From Gemmatimonadales bacterium (lineage in GTDB: Bacteria > Gemmatimonadota > Gemmatimonadetes > Gemmatimonadales > GWC2-71-9), in contig JAUVTI010000003.1 in assembly GCA_030601605.1 (NCBI GenBank), positions 1 through 35,931 of the forward strand: 35,931 nt of DNA, written 5' to 3'. The first letter of the stretch is position 1; the number at the start of each line of letters is the position of its first letter. A model generated the notes under the pieces. The model searched no databases, had not been told where the DNA came from, and worked only from the letters and a program-made list of their open reading frames with translations. A program made the position numbers and the translations under genes. Below are positions 9,333 to 16,473 of this stretch, in pieces.

Positions 9333-11300
9333 ATGCCGCGCACCCTCTTGGCCCCAGTGGCAGGTCTCGTGTCGCTGCTCGGCGCGGCGTGCGCAGGAGG
9401 GGCGATGTCGCTGCGCGAGCCTCCCCCGCCGCCCCAGACCGTGCACGGAGCCCTCGAGCTCCGCGTGGCCTACCCCCGGCAGGACGTACCGCTCACCGCT
9501 GGACCGGGCGCCTGGTTCGTGGTCCGCGCCGAATCCACATACGTCATCCCGGCGCGCGACTCGACGTTCATTTTCGGCTCGGTCGGGCGGGGCGACGCCC
9601 GCCTCAGCGTGAACGGTCAGGACGTCCCGGTATACCCGACCGGCGGCTGGATAGCGTGGGTGCCGCTTCCAGAAGACTCCGTGGCGCGCTTCGACATCGT
9701 GGCCGCGGCCGGCGGCGACACCGCTCGGATGTCGCTGTGGGCGCCCGTGGCCCGAGGCTTTGTGCCACCGGCGGAGGGCGTGTGGATCGACTCCACGTCG
9801 CTCTCGCCGTCCGGCGACCGTTGGATCAGGCCCGGCGAAGGCGTACGCCTGGAGGTGCGCGCCGCACCGGGAGCGCTGGTGCAGCTCCGGCTGGACGACT
9901 CCACGGTCGTACCCCTTATCACCGAAGCCGCTCCCGAGGACCTCCCCTGGGGTGAGCGCGCATTCGGCACCGTGCGGCCAGGCGTGCGGCCGGGGCGGCT
10001 GGACCGCTACGTGGGCTGGCACGTGGGGCGCATCGGGCCCGATCCCGGAGCCGTGCTCTCTCCCGACAGCGCGCCGGCGCCCGACGATTCGGCCTGGGCG
10101 TGGGTGGAGGCGGTCCGCGAGGCGGATACGGCCAGAGCGCGCTGGCCCCTGAGGATAGGGCTGGTGGACCCCGCGGCCCCGCCCGTGGTCGTGGTCAACG
10201 ACGACACCGCCGGCACCGGGCGCACCGACTCCGTGCTCGCCGGGCGGCCCGTGCCCTGGGGCACCTACCACTGGTTCTTCCCCACGGGTACCCTGGCGGC
10301 CGTGAGCGGTCGCTGGGATTCGCAGGTCCGGCTCCAGCTCTCCCGTTCCACGGTGGCTTGGGTAGACGCGCCCGACGTCCAACCGCTCCCGTCCGGGTAC
10401 CCGCCGCCGCGAGGCAGGGTGCGGTCGCTGCGCCTGCTGCCGGGACCCGCCTCGCTGCTGCTCCGTGTGCCGCTGCCGGACCGGATCCCCTACCGGGTGG
10501 ACGAGGCCGAGCGTGAGGTCACTCTCACGCTCTATGGCGTCGCGGCGGACGTGAATTGGATCCAGTACTCAGGCACCGACTCGCTGGTCGAGATCATCGC
10601 CTTCGAGCAACCGGCTGAGGACGTAACCGTGATCCGCGTGACCCTGAGCCGTCCGGTTTGGGGGTATCGCACGCGCTGGTCGGGCCATGACCTCGAGCTC
10701 GAGATTCGGCGGCCGCCGGTCATCGATCGCAGGAAGCCTCTCGAGGGCCGCCTCATTGCGCTGGACGCCGGCCACCCCCCGGGAGGCGCGATCGGACCCA
10801 CGGGCGTGCGCGAGCGCGACGTCAACCTGGAGGTGGCTCTCAGGGCCAGGGACCTCTTGGAGGAGCGGGGTGCCCGGGTATACCTCACACGAAGTGGCGA
10901 TTCTGCGCTCAGCCTGGCGGCGCGACCGCGCGCCGCGGAGGCGGCGGGCGCCGAGATCCTGATTTCGATCCATGCCAACGCTCTCCCCGACGGCGTGAAT
11001 CCGTTCGTGAACAACGGGACCAGCGTCTACTACTACCACCCGCGCAGCGCGCCGCTCGCTCGCGCGCTGGACCGGGCGCTCGTCGCCCAACTGGGCTTCC
11101 GCGACCTGGGGATGGGCCGCGGAGATCTGGCCCTGGCCCGGCCCACCTGGATGCCCGCTGCCCTCACGGAGGGGCTGTTCCTCATGCTGCCCGACCAGGA
11201 GGCCGTGCTGGCCAGCAGGGAGGGGCAGGACCGCTACGCGCGGGGCTTGGTGGAGGGACTGGAGGCGTTCCTGCGCGAGCGAGCCCAGGAGCAGCCCTGA
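9333..11300 (+). CDS. N-acetylmuramoyl-L-alanine amidase (Amidase_3), probable lipoprotein with long N-terminal accessory region
   Basis: C-terminal IALDAGH, ERDVNL, YLTR, ISIHANA, GTSVYY and PAALTEG retain the Zn and catalytic H/E/H/E residues. N-terminal lipobox-like LLGAAC. Confidence 0.9.
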   Translation: MPRTLLAPVAGLVSLLGAACAGGAMSLREPPPPPQTVHGALELRVAYPRQDVPLTAGPGAWFVVRAESTYVIPARDSTFIFGSVGRGDARLSVNGQDVPVYPTGGWIAWVPLPEDSVARFDIVAAAGGDTARMSLWAPVARGFVPPAEGVWIDSTSLSPSGDRWIRPGEGVRLEVRAAPGALVQLRLDDSTVVPLITEAAPEDLPWGERAFGTVRPGVRPGRLDRYVGWHVGRIGPDPGAVLSPDSAPAPDDSAWAWVEAVREADTARARWPLRIGLVDPAAPPVVVVNDDTAGTGRTDSVLAGRPVPWGTYHWFFPTGTLAAVSGRWDSQVRLQLSRSTVAWVDAPDVQPLPSGYPPPRGRVRSLRLLPGPASLLLRVPLPDRIPYRVDEAEREVTLTLYGVAADVNWIQYSGTDSLVEIIAFEQPAEDVTVIRVTLSRPVWGYRTRWSGHDLELEIRRPPVIDRRKPLEGRLIALDAGHPPGGAIGPTGVRERDVNLEVALRARDLLEERGARVYLTRSGDSALSLAARPRAAEAAGAEILISIHANALPDGVNPFVNNGTSVYYYHPRSAPLARALDRALVAQLGFRDLGMGRGDLALARPTWMPAALTEGLFLMLPDQEAVLASREGQDRYARGLVEGLEAFLRERAQEQP

Positions 11301-11463
11301 GCCCGGAGGGGAGTGGCGCGGCGTGATCCAGCTCCCGGGCGCGGCGTGACGGCCCTCACCGAGGTGGGCGCCGAGTCTGGAACGGGTAGGGTTGATGCCG
11401 GGTTGTAAGAGAGGGTCTAACAAGCTCGGGGGGACTGAACGGGTGACCAACGTTCGGGTACAT

Positions 11464-13707
11464 ATGGGTGTGAGCTTCCGCACGGTTTGTCTCTCGATAG
11501 CTGGGCTATTTGTGGCACTGAACGTCGCCGCCCAGACTCCGGTGCAGCGGGATTCCGTCGAGGCGTTTCGCGACTCGCTCGCGGCGATCGACGACACCAT
11601 CGCGCTGCGTGAGCTGGAGTCTGCGATGATCGACGTGGCAAGGGTCGATCGCGACAATGCCCTGCTGCACGTCAAGCTGGGCTTCCTCGCGTATCGGTTG
11701 GGTGAGCTCACGGGTGCGAAGCAGCACCTCAACGACGCGGGGTCGGAGTTCGAGTGGGCGGCCGACCTCGAGCCGGAATGGCCCTACCCGTGGTACGGGC
11801 TGGGGCTGGCTGAGCTGGCGATGGGCGAGGTGTCGATGATCGCGCTGGAGAACATCCGGCAGGCTCTCGGCCTGGACTATCTGTCCAGGGCGGCGCGGGC
11901 CTTCGGAATGGCGGCCCTGGCCGATCCGGCGTTTGCGAACGCGATCGTGGACCTGGCCGAGACCGCCATGGCGCAGCGCGTCAGGCCCCGGCTGGAGCTC
12001 GCGCTCGGAGCGGTGCGTGAGGCGGCGCGGACGACCGCAGCCCGGATTCCCGAGGTCCAGCTTGCGCGCGGGCGGGTCGAGCGGATGGTGGGAGAGGGAG
12101 ACTCGGCGCTCGCTGCGTTCGAGCAGTACCTGGTGCTTGGAGGAGATTCTGGAATCGGGTATCTGGAAGTGGCGCGCACATTGTTCTACGTGAATCGGCC
12201 GCAGCAAGCGGAGTCGCTGTATTACGCCGGCGCTCCGCTCGCCGTGTTGCCGAAAGCCGTCGCGGCCACGCGCGAGGATCTGAGCTGGGTGGCCACGCCG
12301 GAGGAGCTCGAGTCGTTCGACCTCACCCCGACCGAGGAGCGGGCCGACTGGCTGCGCGACTTCTGGCTCCGCCGCGACGTGGCCGAGGCCAGGGCGCCGG
12401 GGGACCGGCTGCAGGAGCACTACCGGCGCTACTTCTACTCGCTGCACAACTACGCGCTCATGTCCCGGCACCGCCGCTACGGTCCGGTGAACCCATTCCG
12501 AACCGAGCAGCGGATGTTCGACGACCGCGGGATCATCTACTTGCGGCACGGAGAGCCGGACGAGCGGGCTTTCTTCAACGCGCCGGGCGTGGACCCCAAC
12601 GAGTCGTGGCTCTACATGCGGCCTGACGAGAACCAGATCTTCCACTTCGTGGCCGCCGGCGACCTGCAGGACTACAAGCTGGTCGAGAGCCTCACCGACA
12701 TACTCGGCCTCGGGGTCTCGATCGAGCTTCAGGCGTCGGGCAGGAGTCACCCGGGGACCCAGGATCTCTACCTGTCTCGCATGACGCTGGATCCGGTCTA
12801 CCAGCGTCTCACGACGACCAGTGCGGCCGGGCAGGGGCGCGTGATGGCGCGCGAGCGCCAGATGGGCGAGCGGGCCATCGCGTTCGGCACGACCACGGAC
12901 AGCTACCGGCTGCGGTTCGAGTTCCCGCTGGGAGCCACGGTGCAGCACTACGTGATCGGCGACCCGGACGGCGATGGCGGGCAGGTGTTGGTGGTGTTCG
13001 CCATCCCGGGCTCGGCGGTTGCGGCGCAGCCCCTGGGTGAGCGCCTCGCCTACCCGGTGCGGATGCGCGTGGTGGCGGCATCGCAGAGTGACGACTACGT
13101 CGCCTACCTCGACACGACGCGTGTGTTCATGACCTCGGAGCCGATCGGGCCACACCAGCACCTGAGTGGCTACCTGACGGTCCCCGTGCCGCACGGCGAC
13201 TATGTCGTCCGAGTGGTGTTGGGGCAGCCGTGGCGGGACGTCGGCGAGGTTCACCTCGCCGAAGGCACGGTCGTGCCGGACTTCTCGGCCGACTCGCTCA
13301 CGGTCAGCGACCTGATCGTGGGGCGCGAGGGCTCGGGTCTGGTCTGGCGGGTGGGTGACAGGGCCATGAACCTCAATCCTCTGCACGATTTTCCCCAGGG
13401 CGCCGACCTGGACGTCTACTACGAGGTGCACGGACTGGAGCGCGGCACGCTGTATCGCACGCGGCTCGAGGTGCACAAGCAGGGTGGAGGCTCGATCTTC
13501 GGCTGGATTGGGAGGCTGTTCGGGGGTGGCGGTCCGCCCATCTCCATCTCGTTCGATGGCGTCGCAGAGGGCCGCGCCACGACGGTGCTGCGTCAGGTGG
13601 ACATCAGCTCGCTCAAGCCGGGCAGCTATCGCCTCAAGATCGTCGTCGAGGACCCCGTCAGCGGGGCGGAAGTCGAGCGCGAATCCGAATTGAAAGTCGT
13701 TCAATAA
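11464..13707 (+). CDS. Secreted TPR-repeat / GWxTD-like domain protein
   Basis: Signal-peptide-like start and TPR-like helices (WPYPWYGLGLAE). Family-type segment ..RADWLRDFWLRRD..RLQEHYRRY..DDRGIIYLRHGEPD..ESWLY, then two beta-rich C-terminal domains (YYEVHGL, LKPGSYRLKIVVED). The literal GWxTD motif is degenerate. Start set at ATG 11464. Confidence 0.75.
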   Translation: MGVSFRTVCLSIAGLFVALNVAAQTPVQRDSVEAFRDSLAAIDDTIALRELESAMIDVARVDRDNALLHVKLGFLAYRLGELTGAKQHLNDAGSEFEWAADLEPEWPYPWYGLGLAELAMGEVSMIALENIRQALGLDYLSRAARAFGMAALADPAFANAIVDLAETAMAQRVRPRLELALGAVREAARTTAARIPEVQLARGRVERMVGEGDSALAAFEQYLVLGGDSGIGYLEVARTLFYVNRPQQAESLYYAGAPLAVLPKAVAATREDLSWVATPEELESFDLTPTEERADWLRDFWLRRDVAEARAPGDRLQEHYRRYFYSLHNYALMSRHRRYGPVNPFRTEQRMFDDRGIIYLRHGEPDERAFFNAPGVDPNESWLYMRPDENQIFHFVAAGDLQDYKLVESLTDILGLGVSIELQASGRSHPGTQDLYLSRMTLDPVYQRLTTTSAAGQGRVMARERQMGERAIAFGTTTDSYRLRFEFPLGATVQHYVIGDPDGDGGQVLVVFAIPGSAVAAQPLGERLAYPVRMRVVAASQSDDYVAYLDTTRVFMTSEPIGPHQHLSGYLTVPVPHGDYVVRVVLGQPWRDVGEVHLAEGTVVPDFSADSLTVSDLIVGREGSGLVWRVGDRAMNLNPLHDFPQGADLDVYYEVHGLERGTLYRTRLEVHKQGGGSIFGWIGRLFGGGGPPISISFDGVAEGRATTVLRQVDISSLKPGSYRLKIVVEDPVSGAEVERESELKVVQ

Positions 13708-13714
13708 CACGCGC

Positions 13715-13760
13715 TTGACAGTGTTCGAACGCGGCCAATAGTTTGAGAGTTCCAGAGGAG
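13715..13760 (+). promoter_or_regulatory. Sigma70-type promoter and SD for the second kinase
   Basis: TTGACA (13715-13720), 18 nt, TAGTTT (13739-13744); GAGGAG at 13755-13760. Confidence 0.6.
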
Positions 13761-13764
13761 ATTG

Positions 13765-15735
13765 ATGTTCTGTTCGCGTTGCGGTACGGAAGTCGATAAT
13801 CAGGCCAGGTTCTGTCCTTCCTGCGGCCTGGATCTCGCTACGACCACGCCCCTGGCTGCCGTACAGCCGGAGCGGGACGCCGAGAACGAGCTCGACGCCG
13901 TCCGCGACGCGCTGAAGGAAGAGTGGGAGATCGAGAAGGAGCTGGGTCGCGGTGGCATGGCCATCGTCTTCAGGGCCCACGACAAGCACCTCCACCGCGA
14001 CGTGGCAATCAAGGTGCTCCCGTTCTCGCTCGCCTTCGACGCCGAATTCGTGGAGCGCTTCCAGCGCGAGGCGCGCACGGCCGCCCAGCTCGAGCACCCG
14101 CACATCATCCCGATCTACCGCGTCGGCAAGACCGGCAGGGTGATCTTCTTCGTGATGAAGTACCTGCGCGGCGGGGCGCTGTCGGAGCTGCTCGCCGAGC
14201 GGGGCTCCCTCACGCCCAACCAGATCAGACAGGTCCTGGTGCAGACGGGCGGAGCGCTCGGCTACGCTCACCAGCACGGCATCGTGCACCGCGACATCAA
14301 GCCCGACAACATCATGTTCGACGAGTTGGGCCAGGCGGTGCTGACGGATTTCGGTATCGCCAAGGCGGCGACCGGCTCGCGGCTCACGGGCACCGGCATG
14401 TCCATCGGGACGCCGCACTACATGAGCCCTGAGCAGGCGCGCGCCCAGCCACTGGACGGACGCAGCGACATCTACTCGCTCGGCGTCGTGGCCTATCAGT
14501 GTCTCACAGGCACCGTCCCGTTCGACGGCGAGGACGCGTTCTCCATCGGCTACAAGCACATCATGGAGGAGGTGCCGGCCCCCGAGCTGCACACCAACGA
14601 GGAGCGCTCGCTGATGGGGGTCATCCGGCGCATGATGGCCAAGCAGGCGGACGAGCGGTTCCAGAACGCCGGAGAGCTGATAGCGGGACTGGAGGGACGC
14701 TTCAGGACACCGGCGCGGCCCACGCCCGCCACCACCTCTGCCGAGGCACCGACCTCGGTGATGGAGTCCAAGCCGACCGCGTCCAAGGCCATCCCACCCG
14801 ACGCCCGGCCTTCGACGCCCACCACGCCGATTCCGGCGGCTCAGTTCGATCCCGCGAAGGAGAAGAAGCGCAGCGGAGTGCTGGTCGGCATGGTAACCGT
14901 GCTGCTGCTGGGGCTGGGCGGTGCGAGCGGCTACTGGTACTTCGGGATGGATGCCGCGTGGCCTCCGTTCCCGGCTGCAGGCGGCGGTGTCGTGCCGGCC
15001 GAGTCCACGGCCGTCGCGGTCGACGATTCGCTGGGCGCCGGAGCCGGGGACTCGCTCGCGCTTGCCGCCGGCGACTCGGGGGCTGCCCCGGCGGACTCGG
15101 GCGCGACCGTCGACACCAGCGCCTCCGTGCCGGTCGCCGAGCTGCCGCCGACGGGAGTGCTGCACCTGACCGGTGTGCCCTCGCTCGCCCGCGTGACGGT
15201 GGACGGGGACGTGCAGACGGGCGAGTTCATCACCGTCGATCCGGGAACCATGCGGATCCGGGTGACCAAGACGGGACACGACACGTTCACGACGAGGGCG
15301 TCGGTGGGACGCGGCGACACGGTGAAGGTCGCCGTCCGGCTGAATGCGCTGGTCGCCGCAGCCGACACGCCGACCCCGCGGCGGCCGCGCCCCCGGCCGC
15401 TCGAGTACTACTGCGCCGATCCGATCACGGCGGGGGCGGACTACAACGCCGGCGACCGCTGCTTCGACACCGGCCCGCGGCCGTTGGCGGCGGGACTGGT
15501 GCCCGTGCGGCCCGAGATAGCGCAGCAGCAGCCCACTCCGGTCCGACTGTGGGTGAAGGTGCGCGCCGACAGCTCAGTCGGCGAAATCAAGTGGGTGCGA
15601 CAGTCCAACGTGCAGGCGTTCACCCTGAGTGCTGCGCGGTTTGCGATGGATCAGATGACCTACTCGCCCGCCCAGAAGGGCGGCCAGGCGGTGGACGGCT
15701 GGGTCCGCATGGCGCTGCGCGCGAGGCCCCAGTAG
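13765..15735 (+). CDS. Hanks-type Ser/Thr kinase: zinc ribbon - kinase - TM - PEGA-like - TonB C-terminal-like domain
   Basis: CSRC..CPSC, LGRGGMAIVF, AIKVL, HRDIKPDN, DFG, GTPHYMSPE and a TM helix. PEGA-like GVLHLTGVPSLARVTVDG. The tail VRLWVKVRADSSVGEIKWVRQS...YSPAQKGGQAVDGWV resembles TonB_C. Confidence 0.92.
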   Translation: MFCSRCGTEVDNQARFCPSCGLDLATTTPLAAVQPERDAENELDAVRDALKEEWEIEKELGRGGMAIVFRAHDKHLHRDVAIKVLPFSLAFDAEFVERFQREARTAAQLEHPHIIPIYRVGKTGRVIFFVMKYLRGGALSELLAERGSLTPNQIRQVLVQTGGALGYAHQHGIVHRDIKPDNIMFDELGQAVLTDFGIAKAATGSRLTGTGMSIGTPHYMSPEQARAQPLDGRSDIYSLGVVAYQCLTGTVPFDGEDAFSIGYKHIMEEVPAPELHTNEERSLMGVIRRMMAKQADERFQNAGELIAGLEGRFRTPARPTPATTSAEAPTSVMESKPTASKAIPPDARPSTPTTPIPAAQFDPAKEKKRSGVLVGMVTVLLLGLGGASGYWYFGMDAAWPPFPAAGGGVVPAESTAVAVDDSLGAGAGDSLALAAGDSGAAPADSGATVDTSASVPVAELPPTGVLHLTGVPSLARVTVDGDVQTGEFITVDPGTMRIRVTKTGHDTFTTRASVGRGDTVKVAVRLNALVAAADTPTPRRPRPRPLEYYCADPITAGADYNAGDRCFDTGPRPLAAGLVPVRPEIAQQQPTPVRLWVKVRADSSVGEIKWVRQSNVQAFTLSAARFAMDQMTYSPAQKGGQAVDGWVRMALRARPQ

Positions 15736-15748
15736 TAGAGCACGCTTC

Positions 15749-16261
15749 GTGATTCATCCCAGTGCCTACATCGCCCCGGGGGCCGTGGTCCTCGGGGCCG
15801 TTTCTTTGGGCGAAGACGCCAGCATCTGGTACAACGCCGTGGTGCGGGCGGACCTGGCGCCCATCTCGATCGGGGCCCAGACCAACATCCAGGATCTCAC
15901 CACGGTCCACGTGGACGAGGAGGTGCCGTGCACCATCGGACGGCGCGTTGGGGTCGGGCACCGCGCGATCCTGCATGGCTGCACTGTCGAGGACGAATGC
16001 TTGATTGGGATGGGGGTCAGCCTCCTGAGCCACGTGCACGTGGGCGCCGGCTCGGTCGTAGGCGCCGGATCGGTGGTGAAGGAAGGCACCCAGATCCCGC
16101 CGGGCTCGTTGGTGATCGGCGTGCCCGCTCGGGTGGTGCGCCCCGTGGATGACGCGCTGCGGCAGCGCATCCAGACGACGTGGGAGCACTACGTCGAACA
16201 GGCGCGCCAGCATCGCTCCGGCGCGATCGTGCGGCACCCGAGCACGCCCAGCCCCGGCTAG
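15749..16261 (+). CDS. Gamma carbonic anhydrase family hexapeptide-repeat protein (YrdA/PaaY-like)
   Basis: SIWYNAVVRAD, TNIQD..VH, VGHRAILHGC with three metal-binding His residues. Confidence 0.92.
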   Translation: MIHPSAYIAPGAVVLGAVSLGEDASIWYNAVVRADLAPISIGAQTNIQDLTTVHVDEEVPCTIGRRVGVGHRAILHGCTVEDECLIGMGVSLLSHVHVGAGSVVGAGSVVKEGTQIPPGSLVIGVPARVVRPVDDALRQRIQTTWEHYVEQARQHRSGAIVRHPSTPSPG

Positions 16262-16318
16262 CAATTATGTGATGTGAACAACGAGGAGCCACGGTGTTCA
16301 GTGGTCGTCAGCGGCCAC

Positions 16319-16347
16319 TTGCGTGACCCCCCGATCACTTCTACCTT
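16319..16347 (+). promoter_or_regulatory. Sigma70-type promoter upstream of nrdJ
   Basis: TTGCGT (16319-16324), 17 nt, TACCTT (16342-16347). Confidence 0.5.
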
Positions 16348-16473
16348 GCCCCTCCGCGCGAACCTCCGGTTGTTGCATTACTCCGCGTCGATTCTCTGTT
16401 AGCTTTGATGGGATGGATCAATTCGAACCCAGGTGGGGACTTGATGGGCTTTGCGGGTGATTCGGAGCGGCGC

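Noticed and set aside
11506-15279. 1257-aa minus-strand ORF, and similar long antisense ORFs at 16399-19071, 6786-8489, 32816-34732 and 29224-30843
   Set aside because: They lie opposite well-supported genes, are rich in R/G/H/A/P without domain motifs, and are the expected shadow frames of high-GC codon usage.
16262-16473. Possible cobalamin riboswitch or NrdR boxes upstream of nrdJ
   Set aside because: No recognisable B12-box elements and no convincing NrdR palindrome by eye. An Rfam or PWM scan would settle it.
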